From positions 1 to 33,071 of the forward strand of contig CAYVLD010000001.1 in the NCBI GenBank assembly GCA_964452205.1: a stretch of 33,071 nt of DNA, in the 5' to 3' direction. The notes beneath the pieces are model-generated. The model was not told the origin of the DNA. It worked only from the letters and a program-made list of their open reading frames with translations, and searched no databases. The first letter of the stretch is position 1. The number at the start of each line of letters is the position of its first letter. The DNA comes from an uncultured Oscillospiraceae bacterium (GTDB lineage: Bacteria > Bacillota > Clostridia > Oscillospirales > Oscillospiraceae). Below are positions 8,018-16,945 of the stretch, piece after piece. Position numbers and translations under genes: made by a program.

Positions 8018-10390
8018 TCAAGACAATTCTGCAATCGTTACCCCATCTTCGCCCTCTCCGTAGACGCCAAGACGATAACGCTTGACCGCACGGTTGTGTT
8101 TTAACTCCTCGTGAACGGCCTTTCGGAGCGTTCCAGTGCCCTTTCCGTGAATAATGCGAACACTCGACAGATTTGCAAGCATGGCACCATCCAAGAAATT
8201 GCACAGTAGTGCAACTGCCTCCCCTGCGCTCATTCCGCGCAGATCCAGCTCCGTCGGAGCTGCATGAGAGCGGAACTCACGCTGCGTGCGTTCTATGATC
8301 TTCTTTGCCTGCGTATTGGTCTGCTCGATCAGGTAAACCTCATCCGGCTTTGCCGTAACCTTCATGATGCCTGCTTGGAGCAGATAACTACCGTCCTTTT
8401 GAATTTCCAGAACGCTCGCCTTTGTGCCAAAACGCAGCAGCTCAACCGTATCACCGACAATAATGTCTCTTGTGGGCTTCGGACGTTCGGGTTCGGGTGC
8501 TTTCTCGGAGAAGGACTCCTCTGCTTCATTGAGCTTGCGGCGAAGCTCTGCCTGCTTGACATTATAGCCCTGTGCATCGGCAGCGTCCTTCATCTGCTTG
8601 CGAAGCTGCTTCAGTTCCTCTGCAACCTCATTTGCCGCCCTTCTTGCATTGTCTACGATCACCTGCGCCTCTGCGCGAGCCGCCTTTACAGCCTTCTCGC
8701 GTTCACGCTTGATCTCGTCGTGATACGCCTGTGATTGATTTCGCATTTGCTCGGTTTCAAGGCGCAAGCGTTCTGCCTCTATCTTTGCACTTTCCATCTG
8801 CTGACGCTGCTGTTCAAGCTGATTGAGCACATCTTCAAAACTGCGGTCGTTTTCGTTGACCAGACTCTTCGCCTTTTCGATAATTTCATCCGACAAGCCA
8901 AGCCGCTTAGAGATCGCAAAGGCATTCGACTTTCCGGGGATGCCGATCAGCAGCTTATACGTTGGGCGCAGTGTCTCTACGTCAAATTCGCACGAAGCGT
9001 TCATAACACCCTCGGTGCGCATTGCAAAGAGCTTGAGTTCTGCATAGTGGGTCGTTGCGGCAACGCGGCTGCCGCATTGTCTGCAAAACTCGATCAAAGC
9101 CATCGCAAGCGCCGCACCCTCTGTCGGATCCGTTCCTGCGCCAAGCTCGTCAAAGAGCACCAGCGTTTCATCATCACAGTCGGCAATGATCTCGACAATA
9201 TTCTTCATATGCGCCGAGAAGGTCGAAAGCGACTGCTCGATCGACTGTTCATCACCAATATCCGCCAGAACGCGCGAAAAGACCGAAATTGCGCTGCCAT
9301 GGTCGGCAGGAATGTGCAGGCCGCACTCTGCCATCAGCGTCAAAAGACCGATCGTTTTCAGCGTAACGGTTTTACCGCCCGTATTCGGTCCGGTGATGAT
9401 AAGGGTATCAAAATCCGTTCCCAAACGAACCGTGATCGGTACAACACTCTTGCGCTCGATCAGCGGATGGCGCGCGCGGCGAAGCTCAATGCTGCCGTTT
9501 GTTCTTATTTCGGGCTCCATTCCATCCATGCGCAGGGAAAGTCTGCCCTTCGCAAAAATCACATCGAGCGTAACCAGCATCTCATAGCTTGCAGAAATAC
9601 CCTCACGGAAGGATGCTGCTTCAGCAGACAGCTCTGCCAAAATCCGTTCGATCTCCTTCTTTTCACGAATCGAAAGCTCACGCAATGCGTTATTGGCATT
9701 GACCGCGCTCATCGGCTCAATGAAAAACGTGCCGCCCGAAGACGAAACATCGTGCACAAGTCCGGGAATCTCACCCTTATACTCGCTCTTTACCGGCACG
9801 ACATAGCGATCTGCGCGAAGTGTTATGATCGTATCTCGCAGATACTTGGAATAGGCAGGAGACGTAATGATCTTCTGCAGGCTCTCTTTGACCTTTGCGC
9901 TCTGAATGCGCATATGGCGGCGAATATCGGCAAGCTCACTGCTCGCGGCATCAGCGATCTCTTCTTCCGAGATAATGGAATTTGAGATTTTTTCCTCCAG
10001 ATAACGGTTCGGTGTCAGCTCCTGGAAATAACCGTCCAAATTCGTCTGTAAATAATCGCCGTTATAATATGCTTTTGCGCCGCGGATACATTTCAAAACG
10101 CCTGCAATACGCAAAAGCTCCTTCGGTGTCAGACAGCCGCCGCGATCGGCGCGCTCCAAAGACGGACGGATGTCCTTAAGCGCATGAAATCCGGGGGAAC
10201 CCTTCAACGAGATCAGTTTTACCGCAGAGCTGGTCTGCTGCTGTAAAATCTGAATCTCCTCGGCATCGTCCAGCGGAACGATCTGCTTGCAGCGCTCTTT
10301 GCCCTCTTCGGAGTTGGCGCAGTCGGAGAGCTTCTCCAAAACTGCGTCTAATTCCAGTTTTTTTAATGATTTTTCATATAATTCGGTCAT
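8018..10390 (-). CDS. mutS2: Endonuclease MutS2 (ribosome collision sensor family)
   Basis: ITGPNTGGKT Walker A, DIGDEQSIEQSLSTFS, FDELGAGTDP, coiled coil, KOW, C-terminal Smr domain (LDLRGM...IIHGKGTG). Confidence 0.96.
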   Translation of the reverse strand: MTELYEKSLKKLELDAVLEKLSDCANSEEGKERCKQIVPLDDAEEIQILQQQTSSAVKLISLKGSPGFHALKDIRPSLERADRGGCLTPKELLRIAGVLKCIRGAKAYYNGDYLQTNLDGYFQELTPNRYLEEKISNSIISEEEIADAASSELADIRRHMRIQSAKVKESLQKIITSPAYSKYLRDTIITLRADRYVVPVKSEYKGEIPGLVHDVSSSGGTFFIEPMSAVNANNALRELSIREKKEIERILAELSAEAASFREGISASYEMLVTLDVIFAKGRLSLRMDGMEPEIRTNGSIELRRARHPLIERKSVVPITVRLGTDFDTLIITGPNTGGKTVTLKTIGLLTLMAECGLHIPADHGSAISVFSRVLADIGDEQSIEQSLSTFSAHMKNIVEIIADCDDETLVLFDELGAGTDPTEGAALAMALIEFCRQCGSRVAATTHYAELKLFAMRTEGVMNASCEFDVETLRPTYKLLIGIPGKSNAFAISKRLGLSDEIIEKAKSLVNENDRSFEDVLNQLEQQRQQMESAKIEAERLRLETEQMRNQSQAYHDEIKREREKAVKAARAEAQVIVDNARRAANEVAEELKQLRKQMKDAADAQGYNVKQAELRRKLNEAEESFSEKAPEPERPKPTRDIIVGDTVELLRFGTKASVLEIQKDGSYLLQAGIMKVTAKPDEVYLIEQTNTQAKKIIERTQREFRSHAAPTELDLRGMSAGEAVALLCNFLDGAMLANLSSVRIIHGKGTGTLRKAVHEELKHNRAVKRYRLGVYGEGEDGVTIAELS

Positions 10391-10399
10391 ATCTTATCC

Positions 10400-11137
10400 T
10401 CATATAAACAGGGATTTGTAAAAATCCAATGTAGAAAACCCTCGTTCCAAACGAATCGAAAGGTAGCTTTCGGAAATGTGGTTCAGCTCCTGCAGCGCAT
10501 CGTCGGAAAGTGCAAAGGAGAACAGTTTTTTTGCATCGCAAGCGGCTATGTAACGCATTGCGCCCAGCGTGCCCTCGCTCAGCGGCATACGAATATCGCC
10601 GCCTGTGGAGCAGCCGTGGCATTGAAGCATGCCTTGCGTAATATTAAAGCGATCGGAGGTCGGGTTCCCGCACGCCATACAGCCTCGCAAATCGGGCAAG
10701 AAACCCGAAATGCACATCAAGCGCAGCTCAAATACCGCTTTGACCAATGTCTGAGGTTTTTTGAGCTTTGCGAGGGCGTAAAGGCAATTGAGCAGCAGCG
10801 AAAGCATCTGCGCATTGTCATCGTCCTCCTGCGCCACCACATCGCAAACCTGAGCAAAATATGTCGCAAGGTACAAAAGCTCAATATCATTTCTCAGCTC
10901 GGTGAACATTTCCTTGACATTCGCCTCGGTGAGCGTATATCGCCCCTGCCGTTCCAGAAGCGTCAGCTCGGAAAAAGTCAAAAACTGACAGCCTGCCTTC
11001 AAACGGCTTCGCCGGCTTTTCACGCCTCGTGCTTTGACCGTAATCTTGCCGAAATCTCTGCTCAGAACGGTCAACAGCTTGTCGTTATCCTTATATTCTA
11101 TTTCACGCAGGACAATGCCCTCGGTTTTCATGTACAT
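10400..11137 (-). CDS. recO: DNA repair protein RecO
   Basis: KTEGIVLRE.EYKDNDKLLT...GKITVKARG OB fold and CxxC...CxxC zinc motif. Located after era-yqzL. Confidence 0.94.
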   Translation of the reverse strand: MYMKTEGIVLREIEYKDNDKLLTVLSRDFGKITVKARGVKSRRSRLKAGCQFLTFSELTLLERQGRYTLTEANVKEMFTELRNDIELLYLATYFAQVCDVVAQEDDDNAQMLSLLLNCLYALAKLKKPQTLVKAVFELRLMCISGFLPDLRGCMACGNPTSDRFNITQGMLQCHGCSTGGDIRMPLSEGTLGAMRYIAACDAKKLFSFALSDDALQELNHISESYLSIRLERGFSTLDFYKSLFI

Positions 11138-11143
11138 TTTGCG

Positions 11144-11236
11144 CTACTCCGTCTTTTTCTTCATATGGCGATACAGCATATACGCCTCCGGTGAACCGGT
11201 TTCCATAAACATATTCCAAAAAAACGCCGCTTCCAT
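11144..11236 (-). CDS. yqzL: YqzL-like small protein (30 aa)
   Basis: Manual translation MEAAFFWNMFMETGSPEAYMLYRHMKKKTE*, with the W..F..TG....Y.LY pattern. GGAGGG RBS and the canonical era-recO position. Below the ORF-track cutoff. Confidence 0.85.
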   Translation of the reverse strand: MEAAFFWNMFMETGSPEAYMLYRHMKKKTE

Positions 11237-11264
11237 ATAAATCCCTCCATGTATTTGATGCACT

Positions 11265-11294
11265 TAGTATCTGCACATCTTCCGCGGCGGATTC
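11265..11294 (-). promoter_or_regulatory. Putative forespore SigF/SigG-type promoter upstream of yqzL
   Basis: GAATC (11294-11290), 15-nt spacer, GCAGATACTA (11274-11265). Resembles GYATA-N15-GGnAnAHTA. Confidence 0.4.
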
Positions 11295-11307
11295 TTTGAA
11301 AATTTTG

Positions 11308-12192
11308 TTATTCGTAGCCAAAATTACGGATCAAAAAGTCGCTGTCACGCCAATTTTCCTTCACCTTGACCCACGTCTGCAAGAAGACCTTCGTTCCCAT
11401 AAAGCGTTCGCAATCCTTGCGCGCATCGGAGCTGATCTTCTTCAGCATCGCACCGTTTTTGCCGATGATGATGCCCTTGTGACTTTGTTTTTCGCAATAA
11501 ATGGTCGCATCAATATCGATTACACCGCTATCGCGTTCAGAGAATTTGGTGATTTCAACCGCCGTGCCGTGCGGAATCTCTCTGTCAAGATTCCACAGCA
11601 GCTTTTCCCTGATGATCTCCGCCATGACCTGACGCTCAGGCTGATCGGAGGTAATATCATCCGGAAAAAAGAACGGACTGTCAACTGCAAACTTCTCGCA
11701 CTCGTCCAAAAGGCCGCTCACTCCGTCTTTATACCGCGCTGAGATCGGGATCACCGCATCAAAGTCAAATTTTTCCGAATAAGTAGCGATGACAGACAGC
11801 AGCGCGTCTTTATCCGTCAGCGTGTCGATCTTGTTGATCACCAAAATCGCAGGAGCGCCGGAGGCTTTGATCTGCGCCAGCAACGCCTCCTCCTGCGGGC
11901 CGATATTCGCAATCGGCTCAACCAGAAGCAAGATCAGATCGACATCCGCAACGCTGTCCTTTACGATATTGACCATATAATCTCCCAGCTTGGTTCGGGG
12001 CTTGTGGAAGCCGGGGGTGTCAATGAAAACAAGCTGTGTCTCCCCTCGCGTCACAATGCCGGAGATCCGATTTCTGGTCGTCTGCGGCTTGTTGGAAACG
12101 ATTGCAATTTTTTCGCCGACCAAGCGGTTCATCAAAGTGGACTTGCCGACATTCGGGCGTCCCGCAATCGTAATCATAGCAGTTTTACTCAT
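11308..12192 (-). CDS. era: GTPase Era
   Basis: GRPNVGKSTL, KPQTTRN, DTPG, NKID, and KH domain SHKGIIIGKNG. Confidence 0.98.
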   Translation of the reverse strand: MSKTAMITIAGRPNVGKSTLMNRLVGEKIAIVSNKPQTTRNRISGIVTRGETQLVFIDTPGFHKPRTKLGDYMVNIVKDSVADVDLILLLVEPIANIGPQEEALLAQIKASGAPAILVINKIDTLTDKDALLSVIATYSEKFDFDAVIPISARYKDGVSGLLDECEKFAVDSPFFFPDDITSDQPERQVMAEIIREKLLWNLDREIPHGTAVEITKFSERDSGVIDIDATIYCEKQSHKGIIIGKNGAMLKKISSDARKDCERFMGTKVFLQTWVKVKENWRDSDFLIRNFGYE

Positions 12193-12698
12193 TTTTCTTC
12201 TCCTAAGTAATATTCAAAATACATTTGGTCTTCTGCCTTGTTTGCATGTCCGTCATCGATTTTTCCAACGATGCCGCCCATCTTGCGATAAAAGCCCTGC
12301 GCAGGAAGATTGTGGACATTGCAGCCGTTAAAGAATTTATCGACGCCACGCTGAATACAAGCTTCTTTTATCACTTCAAACACACGTCTGCCCAAGCCCT
12401 TGCCGCGGTACTCCGGCAAAAAATACAGGGCATTTAAGCAGAAGGTAAAATCTTTATAATCCACATGCGGTGTGCCGTAATAGAAATACCCTACACATTC
12501 ATCATTGTCCATCACAAGATAAAACTCCTGCTTCGGATCTTCCATGCGCCTGCGGTCTCGCGCCATGCTCCACGCATAATCAAACCGATCGATCATCTCA
12601 TCGCTGTAAATACCGCGGTAGGTCGTTGCCCAGACCTTCTGCCGCGTTTGCGACAGCAAGTGCAGATCGTCATACGTCGCTTTCTTAAAATAAATCAT
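12189..12698 (-). CDS. GNAT-family N-acetyltransferase
   Basis: LNALYFLPEYRGKGLGRR (motif A) and HNLPAQGFYRKMGG (motif B). ATGA overlaps on both sides. Confidence 0.88.
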   Translation of the reverse strand: MIYFKKATYDDLHLLSQTRQKVWATTYRGIYSDEMIDRFDYAWSMARDRRRMEDPKQEFYLVMDNDECVGYFYYGTPHVDYKDFTFCLNALYFLPEYRGKGLGRRVFEVIKEACIQRGVDKFFNGCNVHNLPAQGFYRKMGGIVGKIDDGHANKAEDQMYFEYYLGEEK

Positions 12699-13189
12699 CT
12701 TAAAATATCCAACTGCGCCGCAATCGCCTCTTCACGCAGGCGCATCTGCCTTTTCTGTTCTCCTTCATCCATGTGGTCATAGCCAAGCAAATGCAGGATC
12801 GAGTGAATGGTCAAATACCCGACCTCACGCTTTAATGTATTGCAAAAACGCTTCGCCTGATCCTTGGCGCGCTCCATCGAAATCGCCATATCACCCAGCG
12901 GAAGCAGCCCCGTCTGTGGATCGATATACGCCGTAACATCCTCCGGAAAAGCACCGGGCTCAAAATTAAACATGGGAAACGACAGCACATCGGTTTCCTT
13001 GTCGATGTTTCGAGCCGCAGCATTGATGGCGCGGATTCCTTGATCGTCCGTAATCAGAACATTGATCTCGCACGGCACATTTATCCCCTGCGCTTTGAGA
13101 GTTGCGCAGATGCAGCGGTTGAGGTGGATCGTTAAAGCCGCATTTTGCAGATTTTTCTTCGCATAGCGGACGATAATCTTATGGTTCAT
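12695..13189 (-). CDS. ybeY: rRNA maturation RNase YbeY
   Basis: TDVLSFP, LGDMAIS, and HSILHLLGYDH metal-binding motif. Confidence 0.96.
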   Translation of the reverse strand: MNHKIIVRYAKKNLQNAALTIHLNRCICATLKAQGINVPCEINVLITDDQGIRAINAAARNIDKETDVLSFPMFNFEPGAFPEDVTAYIDPQTGLLPLGDMAISMERAKDQAKRFCNTLKREVGYLTIHSILHLLGYDHMDEGEQKRQMRLREEAIAAQLDILR

Positions 13190-13194
13190 CGTAC

Positions 13195-14184
13195 TTACTT
13201 CTTTCTGTAAACTTTTTTCTGCGCAGGAAGCTGCTTCTTCTCGCCGCTCTCATACGCCGCAATGATCTGCTGCACCAGCGCGTGCCGCACAACATCGCTC
13301 GCCGTCAGTCGGCAGATCGCAATATCGGGAATATTCTCCAGAATCCGAACGGCATCCTTCAATCCGCTGGTCTTGTCGGCAGGCAGGTCGATCTGTGTCA
13401 CGTCGCCGGTGATCACGATCTTCGAGCCGAAGCCCAAACGTGTCAGGAACATCTTCATCTGTTCTCTGGTGGTATTCTGCGCCTCATCCAGAATGATAAA
13501 ACTGTCATCGAGCGTTCTGCCTCTCATGTAGGCAAGCGGCGCAACTTCAATGTTTCCGCGCTCAAGATACTTCTGATACGTCTCTGCACCGAGCATGTCA
13601 TAAAGCGCATCATACAGCGGACGCAGGTACGGATCGACCTTGTTCTGAAGATCGCCCGGTAAAAAGCCCAAACGCTCACCTGCTTCAACAGCAGGTCTGG
13701 TCAAAATAATACGGTTTACCGTTTTTGCGCGAAAAGCAGCAACCGCAGCAGCGACAGCCAAATACGTCTTTCCTGTGCCGGCAGGGCCGACACCGATGGT
13801 GATGGTGTTCTTCTGGATCGCCTTCATGTAGCGCTGCTGACCGAGGGTTTTTGCCTTGATCGGTTTACCCTTCGCGGTAATGCAGACGACATCCTTCGCC
13901 ATTTCATTGATCTTGTCATCATTTCCGCTGTTGACCAGATCGATCAGATAGCGCACCTTCTGCTCATCGATCACTTCGCCTTTCGCCGCCAGAGTCAAAA
14001 GACCCTCGATTGCCCGCGCGCCTTTGTCTGCGGCTTCTTCATCGCCTGAAATTTTCAGCTCCGTTCCGCGATTGCTGATTTTCACGCCGAAGGTCTGTTC
14101 AATCCGCTTAATATTTTCATCAAACGATCCAAACACATTAATAATCTGTTCAATTCTTTCTGCATTGATAATTCGTTCACTCAT
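13195..14184 (-). CDS. phoH: PhoH family protein (YqfE/YbeZ)
   Basis: GPAGTGKTYLA, RPAVEAGERLGFLPGD, AYMRGRTL, DEAQN, GDVTQIDLP. GGAG RBS before ATG 14184. Confidence 0.95.
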   Translation of the reverse strand: MSERIINAERIEQIINVFGSFDENIKRIEQTFGVKISNRGTELKISGDEEAADKGARAIEGLLTLAAKGEVIDEQKVRYLIDLVNSGNDDKINEMAKDVVCITAKGKPIKAKTLGQQRYMKAIQKNTITIGVGPAGTGKTYLAVAAAVAAFRAKTVNRIILTRPAVEAGERLGFLPGDLQNKVDPYLRPLYDALYDMLGAETYQKYLERGNIEVAPLAYMRGRTLDDSFIILDEAQNTTREQMKMFLTRLGFGSKIVITGDVTQIDLPADKTSGLKDAVRILENIPDIAICRLTASDVVRHALVQQIIAAYESGEKKQLPAQKKVYRKK

Positions 14185-15358
14185 CTTTTTCTCCTTCAAA
14201 TACAGGCTCCATCGGTACCATGCGCGCGATCATTTCATTGCAAGTACTCTGCGCACGCAGGATATACACACCGCCGGAGGCAAAATATGCTGTTTCGGTA
14301 TCCAGAATCCGTCCTGCAACCATCTGTGAGAGCAAAAGCTCCTGCCATGCTTTATTCAAACGCTGCTGCGCCGCTTCTTCATCAATGGTTTCCGCTACGA
14401 GCTCATATTCACAATAGGTGATTTTTTCCAGTTTTATCGGAAACTGATACTCCGGCACCGCCAATTCCGTTACTTCTATCATTTTATCACAAGTCGTACC
14501 CGAAATTCTACTGTTTCCTGATAAATTTATTCTTTTTCTTCCGATGCACAGCGAATATTGCGTCCATTGCCGCCCAGTATAGCGTTTTTCATAGGTTTGC
14601 GTAGGCATTGCAAGCATACCGGAATACCAAGTTTGCCCGTAAATCTCCGCTTCCGCGCAAACTCCTTTCAGAATCAAACCGTAATCTTCGAATCCCGAAA
14701 CCAGAATTTGCCCCTCCTGAACCGTATCGCCAACCTTGCACAGCTTCATTCCCTCTGATACGATCATTTCCGTAACGGTGCTCTCTCTCACTGCAACAAT
14801 ATTGGCAGCGGGATATTGCGGACGGTTGCTTTGCGCCTCACTTCGTTCTGTAACCAGTACATTGAGCTTGAAGCCGCTTCGATTGACGCCGACCCATGAT
14901 AGCTGCGGCAGTTCGTTTAGCATTCTGTTCTTGCTGAGCTGCTGATCAATCTGCGAGGCATTGCTGCCAACCGAAATATCAATTGCTTCTAACGCCCTTA
15001 TAATTTCTTCTTGATGCAGCGCTTCATTGCCGCTGACCTCGATGGCAAGCACAAACGTCTGCATATAAAAGCTCAAAAACAATGCACACACCATCCCGAC
15101 GAGCAAAACAGGACGCTTGAGCATTTTTTTCCAATGAATCTGCAGTCCCTTTTTTTCAAGCACTTCGCAAGTGCAAAAAGAACCGATTGCAAGCTCTTGT
15201 ACGACCTTGAGATCCTTGCTTCGAACCAAAATCCGATAATGAAGCTCATCAATACGCTCAATTTCGCTGAAAAAGATCCGCTTTTCTGCCAAAACGCTTA
15301 AAAACCGTTCCACACAGGCACCTGTGACCTTGATGTTCAGATAACTCAGCAGCTTCAT
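14177..15358 (-). CDS. yqfD: Sporulation protein YqfD
   Basis: ERFL N-terminus, one TM segment, IEVSGN, LSWVGVN..G..L.V.V.ER, ANIVA...KVGDTVQEGQILVSG. Lies between yqfC and phoH. Confidence 0.88.
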   Translation of the reverse strand: MKLLSYLNIKVTGACVERFLSVLAEKRIFFSEIERIDELHYRILVRSKDLKVVQELAIGSFCTCEVLEKKGLQIHWKKMLKRPVLLVGMVCALFLSFYMQTFVLAIEVSGNEALHQEEIIRALEAIDISVGSNASQIDQQLSKNRMLNELPQLSWVGVNRSGFKLNVLVTERSEAQSNRPQYPAANIVAVRESTVTEMIVSEGMKLCKVGDTVQEGQILVSGFEDYGLILKGVCAEAEIYGQTWYSGMLAMPTQTYEKRYTGRQWTQYSLCIGRKRINLSGNSRISGTTCDKMIEVTELAVPEYQFPIKLEKITYCEYELVAETIDEEAAQQRLNKAWQELLLSQMVAGRILDTETAYFASGGVYILRAQSTCNEMIARMVPMEPVFEGEKDE

Positions 15359-15630
15359 AATCCTTCCAGCTCGATTCTCGTCAGTCTCCCCTGCACTTCA
15401 ATCCGTCTGTGATTCATGCACGAGATGGTCAAACAGCTCCCAAAAATACGGATCTCGCCCTTTTTCACGTTTACCCGTATGCTTTCGTCGGAATATTCCT
15501 CGATTCCGCGATGATTTTCCACGCAGACACTTCGATTGCCGCGAATCTCGACAAGCGGCACGTTTCCTATCGTTTCCGCCGGAAGTGACAGCTTTTGCCC
15601 GATCGCTGTTGCAAAATCCTTTTTCATCAT
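15355..15630 (-). CDS. yqfC: YabP/YqfC family sporulation protein
   Basis: LSLPAE...VPLVEIRGNRSVCVENHRGIEEYS..IRV...GEIRIFG..L.I. Likely start 15630 or 15627 after GGGTGA. Confidence 0.88.
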   Translation of the reverse strand: MMKKDFATAIGQKLSLPAETIGNVPLVEIRGNRSVCVENHRGIEEYSDESIRVNVKKGEIRIFGSCLTISCMNHRRIEVQGRLTRIELEGL

Positions 15631-15694
15631 ATCACCCATGGACATTCTATGCAAGAGTGTCCATTTTTTGCATATATAAAAGCAGGTGATGAAA

Positions 15695-16666
15695 ATGCTA
15701 TTTGCGATTGCGATCATGATATTACTCCTGCTGTTTCCGAATCAAGCCGCTCTCGGCGCACAAAGCGGTTTACGACTTTGTGCAACTGCCGTAATTCCTG
15801 CGCTGTTTCCGTTTCTCACAGCAAGCAAGCTCCTAACTACCGCACCTCTGCCTTGCAGACGGCTCGCCAATTTCTTTTGCATGAACGAAAACGTATTCAA
15901 TGCGCTGATCGTCAGTTTTTTGGGAGGCTATCCGATTGGCGTGGTGACGCTCTGCGGAATGTATGAGGAAGGACGCATCAAAAAACACGAGGCAGAAAGC
16001 GCAATCAAATTTTGCAACAATTCAGGCCCCGGCTTTTTTATCGGCATGATCGGCGGCGCTGTTTTTAAGGATGTCCGCATAGGTCTTCTCCTTTATTTTA
16101 TCCATGTTTTGAGCGCAATCGTGTGCATCGGCACAAATCGCAATCCTAAAACGCTCTGTAAAATCCAACGTCAAGAACGCCCCGATCGGTCGTTCGCCCG
16201 ACTTTTCACCGAAGCCGTCACCGCTTCCGTCGCTGCAATGATAAATATCTGTGCGCTCGTTGTCCTTTTCTCGGTATTGAACGCCATTGTGAGTGCATTC
16301 GGCATTTTATCTTATCTTCCGCACACCGTTCGAAGTGTGCTGTTCGGAATGTTGGAACTGACCGGCGGAATATCTATGCTGAAGGAGCAGACCGCTTCGT
16401 TGGCAGCGTGCGCTTTCTTGATGGGCTGGGGAGGTCTGTGCGTGCATATGCAGGCAGCTTCCATCTGGCAAAAAGCCGGATTGAAGGTTAAGGGCTATTA
16501 CGCGCAAAAGCTCCTCCATGGCGTAGTTTCTGCGGTGTTTGCGTTGCTCTGGCTGCAAAGCAGAGCTGTTTTTCTGCTTTGTGCCGCAATCTGCGCTGTA
16601 ATTTGTGTGATTTATCCGCAAATTCATCAAAAATGGGGTAGAAAAAAGAAGAAAGTTATTGTATAA
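15695..16666 (+). CDS. ylbJ: YlbJ-like sporulation integral membrane protein
   Basis: GAQSGLRLCATAVIPALFPF, SFLGGYPIG, FCNNSGPGF, GMLELTGG, GWGGLCVHMQ. The start could be 15686, 15689 or 15695. Confidence 0.85.
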   Translation: MLFAIAIMILLLLFPNQAALGAQSGLRLCATAVIPALFPFLTASKLLTTAPLPCRRLANFFCMNENVFNALIVSFLGGYPIGVVTLCGMYEEGRIKKHEAESAIKFCNNSGPGFFIGMIGGAVFKDVRIGLLLYFIHVLSAIVCIGTNRNPKTLCKIQRQERPDRSFARLFTEAVTASVAAMINICALVVLFSVLNAIVSAFGILSYLPHTVRSVLFGMLELTGGISMLKEQTASLAACAFLMGWGGLCVHMQAASIWQKAGLKVKGYYAQKLLHGVVSAVFALLWLQSRAVFLLCAAICAVICVIYPQIHQKWGRKKKKVIV

Positions 16667-16686
16667 TATCAGCATGAGGTGAGATT

Positions 16687-16896
16687 ATGCTGTTTCGTAA
16701 GAAAATCGAAAAATACTGCACTTATTGCGCACACGCTGCAAAAATAGATGAGAGCACCTGTCTTTGTGCAAAAAAAGGCATCGTGTCCTCCTCCGACCAC
16801 TGCAGAAAATTCAAGTACGACCCCCTGAAGCGTGTCCCGCAGCGCATTAATCCCAAGGATTTTGAAGAATACGATAATGTCGATTTTTCTCTTTAA
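16687..16896 (+). CDS. Small Cys-rich hypothetical protein (69 aa)
   Basis: GAGGTGA RBS. Sequence CTYCAH...CLC.KKG.V....HCRKFKYDPLKRVP. Followed by a terminator. Confidence 0.8.
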   Translation: MLFRKKIEKYCTYCAHAAKIDESTCLCAKKGIVSSSDHCRKFKYDPLKRVPQRINPKDFEEYDNVDFSL

Positions 16897-16898
16897 GC

Positions 16899-16942
16899 TA
16901 AAACTACACCCTGTTGATTCGCTTCAACAGGGTGTAGTTTTA
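16899..16942. terminator. Bidirectional intrinsic terminator between convergent genes
   Basis: Perfect inverted repeat AAAACTACACCCTGTTGA-TTCGCT-TCAACAGGGTGTAGTTTT. Confidence 0.9.
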
Positions 16943-16945
16943 TAT

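Noticed and set aside
8735..9985. 416-aa plus-strand ORF
   Set aside because: It is an antisense shadow of mutS2 with no recognisable motifs. Such ORFs are common opposite codon-biased genes.
11103..11321. 72-aa minus-strand ORF between era and recO
   Set aside because: It overlaps both neighbours. The yqzL frame 11144..11236 is the credible gene.
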